From Utricularia gibba (Eukaryota; Plantae; Magnoliophyta): a stretch of 64,000 nucleotides of DNA. Of this stretch, positions 51,936-64,000 are shown piece by piece. The position numbers and the translations under genes are program-made. Under the pieces are notes generated by a model. That model was not told the origin of the DNA. It ran no database searches and saw nothing but the letters and a program-made list of their open reading frames with translations. Location: assembly GCA_002189035.1 (NCBI GenBank), contig NEEC01000026.1, forward strand, positions 579,528-643,527. Direction: 5' to 3'. Numbering within the stretch: the stretch's first letter is position 1; each line of letters starts with the position of its first letter.

Positions 51936-53105
51936 TGATAAACGAAAAATTTACACGTCGTAAATGTAAACTTTCCTATCAAATAAATTTATAACTTAAT
52001 ACACATTCAAGCATAAAACAATTATGAGCATAGTGGACTAGGGTCGAACACAAGGAGCTAGGTGCTTGCTATGTGAAGGTCAATGCAAGGAATCAATGTC
52101 ATGTTGGTAAAATTGGTCTTAGCTAGGACTAAGGTAGAACTAAAACGAAATATAGTAAAAAAAAGTAATAAGTTCTAGAGTTCGGTTGTTTCTGGAATGA
52201 AATGGGTGATGCCTTGGGACTCCTGGGGGATGTATGCTTATCACTAAACAAACTCACACAAACCACAAATCATACAACTAACTCACAAGATCTAGGTCTA
52301 CCCGGATTCTTGTTTTTCCCCCTAATCTTTGGTCTACCTCTAATTAGGGTTGTTAAGTTGGGTTTCACTACTTCCCCCTCTTGATCTATCCTGGTTTGTT
52401 AAGGAAGTGGCGTGACTCATGGCTGTTTAGATCTAAAAGTTGATTAACATGTTTCTCCCCTTTTTACCCCAAGGCACCCCCCTAAGTACTTAGCTAGTCA
52501 TGCTTAAAGTAAACGAAAGTGGAAAAGAAAACATCACCCACAGTGTGCTCATTTTACAGTCAAATACCAGAAAGCAAACAAGCAAGTAATGTGAAGTGTC
52601 AACAAAAACTGAAAAACGTCACTAGCTACTCTTAGCTAGGAGTAATATTCTTCGAAGACAGAAAATAATCTTGAACTTCAGCTTCGTTCCTGTTTGTCTT
52701 CCTTCTTCTTCCTTCCCAGAAAACCTTCTCCCCATAAAATGTGTTCGTGAGTCTCCAAGGGGAGATCTACCTTCTCTCTCCACCTTTCCCTCTTTTTGTC
52801 CAAAATCTCCCTTTTTCCTCCTTGGATTTTGTGTGCACCACTTTTCTGACATTTGGACTCATCTTCTGCCACTACACTGTGCATGTTCGGCTCCTTGGAA
52901 TTTGTGTTGTGACCTACACTGCATTGCTCGAATAAAACTATTAGAAGGTTGGGGCTAAATCATAGATTTAGTCCCAACTAAAACTAAAATCACACAATTA
53001 CGGTACTAATGCACAAAAATATAAAACTAGGCAGTAAAATTAAATTTTTGTAGCATAATATGAATTTTTTTCATGTACTTAATCACTCAAAAATATGTGT
53101 TATCA
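51936..53105 (-). mobile_element. Solo LTR, same family as 31199-32379
   Basis: TGATAAAC...GTGTTATCA with perfect TSD CAATG at 51931-51935 and 53106-53110. Confidence 0.93.
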
Positions 53106-53854
53106 CAATGGAAACCCGGTAGGAAAAGTACCTAACTCAAGCTTTGAAAGGGATAGTTCAACATGGTTGAAAGATTGAGAATGTATTTAGGGATAGTTAA
53201 CATCATGCAATCAAGCCTATTTTTTGAAAGATATAGCTAGAAAACCAATGTATGCACACAACCATATTTGGAAGAATGATTATTATTTGCTAATCAATTT
53301 TTTTGTCTCGATATGGCATTGGATTTAATGAAATGGTGAATATGGTAGATGCCGATGATGAGTTGGAACCGAAATTGAAGAGGTATAGTTTGGGGCACCT
53401 CTTCGACCTATGCGACCAGCCCTTATAACGTTGGGTTTTTAGACAATTCCTTCTGAGTGGGTATTTGTCCCTATTGTTTAATCTCCCATTAAGCAAGCCA
53501 TAGCCTCCTCGAGCATTCTCCACCCAGTATACCTGTAAATTCTTGTCCATTGCATTCTCGCCATGACGAAAAAGGGAGTGCTATCCCCTTGGCTTTAGAA
53601 TTTTCCTTGCTCGTAACCCATATCTATATTATTATTTATTATAATAAATAATTTGATTTGATTATTTATTATTTTTATTATTTTTTATCGAGTCTTCCAT
53701 ATCTGCGAGATTTCCATATCTATAGACCCTAGGAATGTATTTATTATTTTTTATTGATTTTACATTTTATATATTAATTTGATCTTTTTGTAACATAAAT
53801 ACATTTTATAAATTTCTAAAGTATTTTCGAATCAATAAGAAGAGAAATCAAAAT

Positions 53855-56160
53855 CTAAAAATTTACGAATTTGAGAGGGCATAAAGCAATTAATGGATGA
53901 TGGATTTCGTACTCGCATGAAAACTGCCCTTGGACCAGCCACGAATCGATATAAGCATCGAGTTTTGTAACTCTAAGTTCCTTGGCCATCTTCATTTCCT
54001 TAATCAAGGTTTCATATTCACCTATATTGTTGGTGGTGGAAAATAAGAACTTCACCGTTATATAAATGTGATCTCCATCCCGAGTTTTGATATATATTCC
54101 TCCTCCAACCCCATTATACATCAACCTTTCAACATGCATAGCCCATCGGCCATTGACTTGCATGAATCAGTCAATCGACCTGATCATTTATACTAGGAAA
54201 TTGGTGAGCAGCTGAGCTTTGATTGACGTCCTTGATTTGAATTCGATATCTATAGTACTTAACTTGACTGCCCATTTGACCACCCTTCTAGAGATCTCAG
54301 GTTAAGAGATAATATACTTCAATGGTTGATTTGTAAATATCACGATATGTCAATCTTGAAAATATGATTTCAATTTAGTGGCCGTCATTTTCAAAGCCAA
54401 GATGAACTTCTCGATTACCGAATATCGGGTCTCCCTTGGCAGAAGAACCTTACTCATGTAGTATATCGATAAGTGCTTTTCCTCCGAAATAGTTACCAGG
54501 ACCATACTCCTTCAATTTTTCAAAAGCAACCTAACAATCTTCGTCCCATTCTAGAGCATTCCCTTTTCAAAGGACTTTGAAGAAGGATGCCAATTTGTCT
54601 ACTGATCGAGATATGAATCAATTGAGGGCGGTCGATTTCCCTGTAAGGCTTTGATATTCCTTGACCGTCCTCGAGGGCTGCATTTTGCATATCACCTTGA
54701 TCTTCGTGGGATCAGCCTCAATTCCTCTCTCGAAGACATAGTGGCCGAGGAATTTCCCACTCCTTACCCCAAAACAACACTTCAATTGGTTGAGTTTCAA
54801 CCCATACGATCGACATAGAGAGAAGCAAGAATCTAGGTAAGTCAAATGGTCTTCCTCATTCATTGATTTAATGATCATATCGTCCACATACACCTTCATG
54901 AAATTACCGATTTCGGAAGAGAAAATCTTGTTCACAAGTTGCTGATAGGTAGCCCCAGAGTTGTTCAGGCTGAAAGGCATGGCAACGTAGTAGTAGACCC
55001 CATCCTTGGTGTAGAAGGTAATTTTCCGTTGATCCTTCTCTGGGATGAAAATTTGGTAATAACAGGAATATGCTTCCATAGTGCTCAAAAATTGGACAGC
55101 AGGCATTGAGATCGGTGAAGTCAACACACATTCTCCACTTTCCCCCAGGCTTCGGGACAACGACGAGGTTGGCCACTCATTCGGAATATTGAATCTCCCT
55201 CACATAGCCGGCTTCTAACAATTCCCTCGTTTTTTCCTTGATGATTCGGCACTACTCTTCATAGAAATGTCGCTACTTTTGTCGAATCGGTTTTGCTCCC
55301 GGGTAGGTATTAATGTGATGTTCAGCAACAGATGGATTCATACCTACGAAATTAGCGACATTCCAAGCAAAGATATCAGTGTTCCTTTTCAAGAGTTCGG
55401 CTAACCTTTTCTCAAACTCAGCACTAATATGGGTCGTCTTCTGCATATCCCCTGTACAAATTAGTTGCTTCTTTCCTATTGGTTCCATGGCTTGTTTGGT
55501 CGGCTCACTGCGGTCTTTGTCTACCATCATTATTCTTGGTTTCTTTATGCACGTGTCCCGACAAGAAGACACATAGCAAGATCGAGCGGCTAGTTAGTCG
55601 ATATCTAGTGTGCAGATGCCCCTTGGAGTCGAGAACCTGATTTTCAAATGTATAGTTGAGGGTATCATACCGAATAGGATGAGAATGATGTTATAAGAAA
55701 CCTCTGAGTCCAGTATCAAGAATTCTATTCTCTTGGTCCAGTTTCGCCCCAACACACCAAATGTCATGGGCAGGGTTATCTTTTTGACTATCTGCACGGC
55801 CCATTGATCAAAAGTGTATAACTTCATGCTGATTCGACGAATGTCTCCCTCCTTGGATGACACGAGCAACTCAGCTACCTCTTTCTTCATGATGTTGCAA
55901 GAGGACCCTTGATCAATAAGGATATTTCTCACCTTTGTGCTTCTGCATATTCCCGCCATCACTAGGGGTTCATTTCGGGCAGCAAGATCGATGGGGACGT
56001 TCCTCTCATAAAAAGTGAATTCCTCCTACTCCCAAGCAGCTTTTTCATATTGGTTTTTCCTGATCTCAAAGACTTCTACCCTCCTTGCCTCATCCAAATA
56101 TCTTTTCCTTGCTTTTCCTAATTCGTCCACTTCAGTCCCCCCTGAAACCACATGGATTTC
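53855..56160 (-). pseudogene. Tat/Retand-type Gypsy pol remnant (protease, RT, RNase H, archaeal-type RNase H)
   Basis: ILIDQGSSCNI, WRMCVDFTDLN, MPFSLNNSGATYQ, VYVDDM, GKFLG and the aRH motif TNNIGEYETLI. Frameshifted. Confidence 0.9.
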
Positions 56161-56165
56161 CCTAG

Positions 56166-57620
56166 TGTTAGTGTATGTGTTCTAGAGACAATCAACTCAT
56201 TGGCAAATCTTATCTTTTGATATTTACTTTGAATTGTGATCAAATTTATATCATTGATAAAATCCTCTACTTGATCTATGTGCTATAGAAATTATGATGA
56301 GATCATAATGTGAGATTCTTCAAGCACTCATGATCAAGTTAAATCTCCCTGGCTAGGAGTATTTGTGAAATGAGGATATCACAAATACGAATAAGCTGGC
56401 ACACATTGAGTTCCCTAAACAGTTTAGGCAATGGTTCTCACAATTGATGTAATGAGATTACTAGAACCTATGTGTGGGTGTCGATTAGAGAATCGATTCA
56501 CTGGATGACTCATCTTTGAGATGCTACTATGGGAAGCTAACCAATTGTCAATAGCAAGATCTCAAATATGACAGCCGTGCAAGTAAGCTTAGACTTGAGG
56601 TCAACAAAGTTATTTTGATCTTAAGATCACATTTTCACTCATTACTAATGGGAGTCTAACCATGGCTTGCCTAGTATGGATGAGTAGGGATGTGACTCCT
56701 TAAGGTTGGAGATAGTTGATTGATCAATAAAGGATTCATCACTCATGTTAGCAATGAGATTATATCTCAAGTAATTGCATCAAAGCCTAATAGTAAGTCT
56801 TGGGCCCAGGGTAACGACACTTGAATTGTTTGAGTAGGTCATTGAGTGTTAGTGCTTGAATGCAATTATAAGTTCGATACATCAGAAAGACACACACCCA
56901 TGTTCTGGTACCGAATAAAATATAAGTATGATGAAAGCTGTTCATTGCATGGTGGCTGGTCATGGAAAGGCTCAATCAGTTCACCTGATTATTCTTTAAT
57001 CTTGGGGATCATGATATGTTGCTAGACATCACTCATGATCGATAATGATGGATTTGATTAATTAAGAGTTAATTAATAAATCCATTATTACGGCCTTGAT
57101 TGAAGAAGCCTATAGGGTCATACACAATAGTGGAATCACTCATCGATATAAAATAGAATGACATAATTACATGAGATGTGATTGGTAAAGTGGATAAATT
57201 AAATAGAGAGTTATTTTGAGATTAATATTGATTAAACTCAAAATAAAAGATCTCATATAGATATGATTTGATATGTCACAAAATATCTATCAAAAAAAGA
57301 TTTAGATCTTAAGATCTGATCCAAAGTCTTCGTGCTCTCTGAGATTAATCCACAAGGAGGTGTTTTTCTCTACTAGCACCTGAGGAATTCGACCAGCATT
57401 CAAGAGCCTTGAAAAGGTTATCGACGGAGTGCTCTACATGTGGATACCATAGAGGCCGTCTGCTTTGGGGCGGTTGGTGAAAAACGAAGTCCTTTGAAAG
57501 GTATTTTCAGCATCCCTTTATCTGATATATACCGTATTCCAAGATCTACGTTGGGAGTTTCTCAAAATTTTTAAAATTCCGCTGCTTTTGAGACATACAA
57601 TGTCTACGAGAAACCCAACA
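56166..57620 (+). mobile_element. Full-length Angela-like Copia LTR (1455 bp) without TSD
   Basis: TGTTAGTGTATGTGTTCTAGAG...GAAACCCAACA. The flanks CCTAG and GTCTT do not match. Confidence 0.85.
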
Positions 57621-58385
57621 GTCTTAGACACCAAAAACTCCAAATCACTTGGTGTCAAGAGTCTTTTATAATAGAGAAGATTTAAATCTTTGTTTGCTTG
57701 TTTATAAAAGTCAGATTTTATTCAAATTTTTATATGGCCCAATCATTTGAGATCAAATATTCACTTTTTATGCAACTTAAACCTACTTTTTGATTCAAAT
57801 TCATGTTGCTTTAGGCATGTTCATTATTGGCTCATAATCTCTTTTCCAATTGAGTTGATATTATCTTTAAAAATCATAAAATATAATTTTCCTTCAAAAA
57901 TATCAAACTAATACAAATATATAAAAATCATTAAAAGGTATTTGAGAAACTAGATACAAAGAATATAAAATGATATAAAAAATTTAATGAAAACTACAAT
58001 TTTGAGTGACAAGAAAAACTAAAACACCTAAAACCTTCAATTGATTTGCCATTAATTCTTTGAAAAAAATGATTGCAAAACATAGTGCAAATGCAATGTC
58101 AAAGCCTACACTAGTAGTATTATTCCCCCCTCCATCAGCATATGCTTCCCCTCTAGAGCACCAAACAATAGGTAGGCAATGCTTCTAATAAATGTGATCA
58201 ACGCTTTTGGTCATATCACACCGATGACAAATAGTGGTTAGTATTAATTTTAAAGAATTGGCAAATTTGATTTGAAGTGTTTATTGTGCACCCTTTCTAA
58301 CAACTATAAATTGATCACCTCTAGCATTTGGTTCTCCACGCCTCAAATCTGTGAGTGGGTGTGGTGCTATTTCCATTACCACAAC

Positions 58386-61290
58386 ATGGAATTGGTTTCC
58401 TACATATTGATATACATGTTCCTTCTGTTCTCAATTTGCCACTCATGGAATATTCCAAAATACCTGGAGCCAGCTTCGGTTGTCTACGAGAACAAGACAG
58501 CCATCTCAGATTTCCGACTAGTTAATAGGCGGAAGCTGGCTTCCTGTGCCACCTTAAATCAAGATAACAAAATCGAAATTCTGACTAGCGGTAATCTTCC
58601 TGACGATAGCATGATCACAGTTAAAATTTCAGGTGTTCTCGTCCCTGATAGTGGTGATTGGGTCGGCTTGATGTCCCCTTCTACAGCAGAGTAAGAAAGT
58701 TGATAAACACCTGATTTCTACATCATTTTCCTTACTTGAGCAATAACTGACTCAACATATTGGTGAGTGATATAGTTCTGGTACTTGTTTGGGAAACGAC
58801 ATAAAGTACGTTGAAACTGGAGACCTTGCTTCCTTACCTCTTGTATGCGACTATCCTCTTAAGGTGACCCGCTCACTCATCTCCAAAACCCTTTTCATAA
58901 TAATAATAATGTTTTTTTTATCTTCCTACAGTCTCAATATGCGAGTAACGACCCAGATTATTTGCCCTGCAACAAAACAGAATGTCTGAGCAGCAACCAG
59001 GGTGGAGAAGAATGCACCTTCGAAGGATGCACAGCAGTACTATCTTTTCATGCCATTAACATAAGAACCGATCTCAAGGCAGTGTTCTTTGGTGGAGGAT
59101 ATGGTACTCCTTGCATTTGGGCGACCTCCAACATTGTATCCTTCGCCAACCCCAGCAGTCCTCTCTACGGGCACCTCAATAGTGTTGATTCCACTGGAAC
59201 TTCGGTACGTTCTACTTTTCAAATTCGACAAGCTTAACTAATCAGCTGAATTATAAATTTTCCTATATTTTTGACATGATGTGGGTTATGTAGATGAGAT
59301 TAACGTGGGTTAGTGGTGATGAGGCTCCACAACAAGTTCAATATGGATCGGGAAATACCTTAACATCAACAGTGACAACCTTCACCGTTGATGATATGTG
59401 CACTAGTGAGTATATTTTTTTGTTATAATTTTTATGATATGCAATTCAACTGAAAGTTTCTACAGTTTAATAGTATGCAGTATGAGAGTTCAAATACATC
59501 CATCGAAATGTTACTAATTTAGATTGATGCTGCTAATCAGCTGATTTGGTGCCGAGCCCTGCTGTGGACTTTGGCTGGCATAATCCAGGCTACATTCATA
59601 CTGCCGTAATGACCGGACTCAGCCCTTCATCTTCCTACACCTACAGATATGGAAGGTAAGTGTTTAAATGAAATGACGATGGATGATAAGTGCAATGTAG
59701 TGTTTATTTGGGATTAACCAATCAATCGTGTTTTATTGCTGATTTCTTCACATTTTTTGTGCAGCGATGTCGTGGGATGGAGCTCAAACATCAGCTTCAC
59801 AACCCCGCCAGCAGCAGGGGATCTACAGTTGCGTTTCCTTGCATTTGGGGATATGGGGAAGACCCCTTTGGATCAGTCTGATGAACACTACATACAAGTA
59901 TGCTATTTTTTTCAATGTTTTTGATCTTATTCTTTCGCATATTATAATATCAATATTATTTGGTCACTAACTCTATATAAATTATTTCGACTTTTTTCAG
60001 CCAGGAGCATCTTCCGTAGTCAACGCTATGCTTGATGACATAAACAGTGGGAGCGTCGATATCGTGTATCATATTGGAGACATCAGCTACGCCACTGGAT
60101 TCCTTGTTGAATGGGATTACTTCCTCCGACAAATCAGCCCCATAGCTTCTCGTGTAGCTTGGATGACCGGCATCGGAAACCACGAGAGGTACCTTATTCA
60201 TGGATCTGTTTTATTTGACATTATTTTACCTTCCCTTATTAAAATAAAAATATGGCTCTTCTGGCTTATTTAGGGACTTCCCTGAATCTGACTCAGTCTA
60301 CATCACTTCCGATTCTGGTGGTGAGTGCGGTGTCCCTTATGAAACCTACTTCCCAATGCCGACTCAAGGGAAGGACAAACCATGGTACTCCATAGAGCAA
60401 GGCCCCGTGCATTTTACCATCATATCAACTGAGCATGATTGGACCGCAGGCTCAGAACAGGCAATTCTTGTTCACTTGACCATCTCCAGCCTCTACCAGA
60501 ATCTGGCACATTATCATTGTCTTCTCGTGTGTTGTGTTGTTGCAGTATACGTGGATGGAGAATGACTTGGCATCGGTGAACAGAATTACAACCCCATGGA
60601 TTGTCTTCCAAGCGTAAGACTACAAAAACTAGCAATACACTTTAGCCATGGAGGACACACTTCTTCCCATCTTTGAATATTGTTTTCTTCAAACAGGCAC
60701 AGGCCATTCTACACATCAGCCGTGGAGGACACGCTTCTTCCCAACGATAGCGTTGACCCAAACTTTGTCTCGGCTGTGGAACCACTATTGCTCAGTTACA
60801 AGGTTGATCTTGTCTTAGAAGGACATGTTCACAATTACGAGAGAACTTGCGCCGTTTACAAGAGCACATGCTTGCAAATGCCCACTAAAGATGATTATGG
60901 AGTTGACACATATGATTTCAGCACCTATGAAGCTCCAGTTCACATCGTCATCGGAATGGCTGGATTTAAACTAGATGGCTTTGTAAAAAATGTGAGCCAA
61001 ACGTCCGGTAATTACTCATTTTCCACACACTAATCTCTTGTTGTGCTTTCCACATTCGCAGAACACATGGAGTTTGAGCCAGATCTCAGAATTCGGGTAC
61101 TCGAGACTCACCGCCACAAGAAACGAGATTACATCCGAGGTAATTGAGGAACATGTCTTGCCATCTTGGGATGATTCAAAGTATTAGGATGCGGTATCAT
61201 AACTTGTGCGTATAAATTATGTATTTGATGCAGTTCGTGGATGCAGCTACAAAGCAAGTCTTGGACAGTTTCAAGATCACAAAACCTTGA
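58386..61290 (+). CDS. Secreted nucleotide pyrophosphatase/phosphodiesterase (purple acid phosphatase family, large PAP27/NPP-like type)
   Basis: Signal peptide and ISDFRLVNRR, plus FGWHNPGYIH, GDMG, GDISY, GNHE, AHRP and GHVHNYERTC. About 12 exons, including GC-AG intron 60461-60545. Stop at 61288-61290. Confidence 0.9.
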
Positions 61291-61936
61291 TAAATAACAC
61301 CTGATGGCCCTTGAGTTTAATAAAAACCCATTTCTGACATTCCCAGCTGGCCAACTGTATCGATTCTTCGTATCATGAATAAGGAAATTGATATTATCAT
61401 AAATCATTATCATAAATTTTAAAATGAAAAGATTCTGCGATAACGAAAGGAAACAACTTGACTCCAATCTTTTTTTACTTCAGAGCCTTTCGTTGTGTTA
61501 CTACATATTGCATTTGACTAAAAAAGCGAGTTAAGCTGAAAGTAGATTTTTGATGCCTAATTAAGAAAATTATTAGTTGTCTTTCTAGAACTCATGTATC
61601 AATAAGAGAATTTCTAGTATTTGGTGAGTATACTACAATATTTGGTGAATAATATTTCTCTCAATGAATTTTTGGTATTTGAATTGGTATTTTGTGAATA
61701 TACTACAAATTCAATTGATCTTGAATACTGATTTTTATGTATATTAAAAATTATTTTATATTTTTGGATGATTTCCCACAATATAGATGACTTAAGACTT
61801 TTTTGAGGAACTAATAAAGAGAAAAATAATGCAGTTCCCTAATCCAAAGAAACAAGATATCAATGAAAACAGATAAACAAAGTTTACAAAGGATTATAAT
61901 AACTCAAGAGAGAGAGTTTGCCATCAATCAACAGAA

Positions 61937-62939
61937 ATGGAGAGAGAGAACGCGAGTGAAAACCCGCGCTCGCGGCTTTCAAACCCACCGTACCTAAATC
62001 GGGACCGCCGCCCGCCTTCCGACGGGCCGATTCAGAAGGGTCGGGATGGAGCGACACCTGGGGAAGGAAGGATTAGGAAACATGAACCCTATTGGAAGTC
62101 ATTGACACGCATTTGCCACACCTTTTTCGTTACCCTTTTTCCGAACAACTGGGGGGCAGCAGAGCTTCGACTCCACTTCGCGGATTGTGGGACGCTGGTA
62201 GATGTGTATGTAAGCTCCCGTCCGGGCAAAAATGGGCAGCGATTCGGCTTTCTACGTTTCAGCAAACAAGGCGAGGCTCAGAAGCTGGAAGACTGCGTCA
62301 GGGAGACAGCATCCAAGGGCGCCCGCCCTCTGGCCGTACGTCGATACTGGGTGGGGAAGGCAAGCGGACAGACAGAAAGGGCCGATACGCAAGTGTTTCG
62401 TACACAGGGGACGCAACCTCAGACGAGGGGAGGGCCGCAGTCCCCCAAACTGGTCAAATGGGGCTGCGTACGTGGGCGGAAGTCGCAAGCTCATCGATTA
62501 ACCCAAACCAGCTCCCAAAGGGAAACGGACACTCAGGACAATCTCCTATCCCTCTGGTGGAGGATCCAGAAGCCAAAACATGGGCATCAAGAAGCGTCAT
62601 CGGTGAGGCGAAACAGATCTATGAAACTTTCACACTTAGAATCATGCTAGGGGAGGCAGGTTTCCAGGGGATACGAGTGCTGAGCATGGGTGGTCCACGG
62701 TTCCTACTAGAATTCAAGGACCAAGATCAACTGAATGCAGCCACCGCCACCGAGAACCCATGGTTCACGGAACATTTCCACTAGATCAAATGCGCTGAGT
62801 CTTTTGATGCAAAAAATCGTTACACCTGGTTGAAGATTAAGGGACACCCGTTAGAGGCATGGGCAGACAACAATTTCAGACGGATAGCAACCGAGTGGGG
62901 ATCAGTCATCGCCGTTGGAGAAGCTACACTAACCCGTGA
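61937..62939 (+). mobile_element. L1-type LINE ORF1 (RRM plus DUF4283-like region), cut off by the telomere
   Basis: TFFVTLFP...VDVYV...GQRFGFLRF (RRM), RTWAEV, MGGPRFLLEF and WLKIKGHPLEAW. One frameshift and a stop at 62782. No ORF2. Confidence 0.88.
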
Positions 62940-64000
62940 TTAGGGTTCAGGGTTTAGGGTTCAGGGTTCAGGGTTCAGGGTTTAGGGTTCAGGGTTTAGG
63001 GTTTAGGGTTTAGGGTTTAGGGTTAGGGTTAGGGTTTCAGGGTTTAGGGTTTAGGGTTTAGGGTTCAGGGTTTAGGGTTTAGGGTTTAGGGTTAGGGTTT
63101 AGGGTTCAGGGTTTAGGGTTTAGGGTTTAGGGTTTAGGTTTAGGGTTTAGGGTTTAGGGTTTAGGGTTTAGGGTTTAGGGTTTAGGGTTTAGGGTTTAGG
63201 GTTTAGGGTTTAGGGTTTAGGGTTTAGGGTTTAGGGTTAGGGTTTAGGGTTTAGGGTTTAGGGTTTAGGGTTTAGGGTTTAGGGTTTAGGGTTTAGGGTT
63301 TAGGGTTTAGGGTTTAGGGTTTAGGGTTTAGGGTTTAGGGTTTAGGGTTTAGGGTTTAGGGTTTAGGGTTTAGGGTTTAGGGTTTAGGGTTTAGGGTTTA
63401 GGGTTTAGGGTTTAGGGTTTAGGTTTAGGGTTTAGGGTTTAGGGTTTAGGGTTTAGGGTTCAGGGTTTAGGGTTTAGGGTTTAGGGTTTAGGGTTTAGGG
63501 TTTAGGGTTTAGGGTTTAGGGTTTAGGGTTTAGGGTTTAGGGTTTAGGGTTTAGGGTAGGGTTTAGGGTTTAGGGTTTAGGGTTTAGGGTTTAGGGTTTA
63601 GGGTTTAGGGTTTAGGGTTTAGGGTTTAGGGTTTAGGGTTTAGGGTTTAGGGTTTAGGGTTTTTAGGGTTTAGGGTTTAGGGTTTAGGGTTTAGGGTTTA
63701 GGGTTTAGGGTTTAGGGTTTAGGGTTTAGGGTTTAGGGTTTAGGGTTTAGGGTTTAGGGTTTAGGGTTTAGGGTTTAGGGTTTAGGGTTTAGGGTTTAGG
63801 GTTTAGGGTTTAGGGTTTAGGGTTTAGGGTTTTAGGGTTTAGGGTTTAGGGTTTAGGGTTTAGGGTTTAGGGTTTAGGGTTTAGGGTTTAGGGTTTAGGG
63901 TTTAGGGTTTAGGGTTTAGGGTTTAGGGTTTAGGGTTTAGGGTTTAGGGTTTAGGGTTTAGGGTTTAGGGTTTAGGGTTTAGGGTTTAGGGTTTAGGGTT
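62940..64000 (+). repeat. Telomeric array (TTTAGGG)n with proximal variants
   Basis: Continuous G-rich strand to the window end, the orientation expected at a right chromosome end. TTCAGGG variants cluster proximally. Confidence 0.98.

Noticed and set aside
61937-64000. Telomere-maintaining retrotransposon of HeT-A/TART or TRAS/SART type
   Set aside because: It is a single degenerate copy with its 5' end proximal and is cut within ORF1. HeT-A/TART attach by the 3' poly(A) end, and there are no telomeric repeats on the proximal side.
1-64000. rRNA, tRNA, or organellar insertions
   Set aside because: None recognised. The only tRNA-related sequence is the retrotransposon PBS at 38197.

Overview
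Plant (probably asterid eudicot) nuclear DNA forming the right-hand end of a chromosome. It ends in at least 1.06 kb of TTTAGGG telomere joined directly to the middle of an L1-type LINE ORF1, with no subtelomeric satellite. Seven host genes lie within 45 kb of the telomere: ankyrin/tandem-CCCH zinc finger (SZF1/2-like), ETG1/MCM-BP, a small conserved Cys/His protein, mitochondrial MnSOD, geraniol-synthase-like TPS-g, an intronless CIPK and an NPP/purple acid phosphatase. The rest is decayed transposable-element DNA: several solo LTRs (three with perfect TSDs, one near-perfect), Copia and Tat/Gypsy pol remnants, two Mutator-like elements and two PIF/Harbinger elements. The most unusual item is a complete Harbinger (3780-10150; 14-bp TIRs, TTA TSD). 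Between its transposase and Myb/SANT genes it carries a decayed, intron-containing third gene that appears to fuse a Tat-retrotransposon-type (PF04195-like) domain, a coiled coil and a full plant NIF/FCP1-like HAD phosphatase domain. Also notable: the MnSOD gene has lost its last splice acceptor and 15 conserved codons, replaced in frame by exactly 15 intron-derived codons. Three genes each carry a single 1-bp deletion in a short homopolymer, possibly assembly error. All family assignments come from manual translation and remembered motifs; no database search was run.
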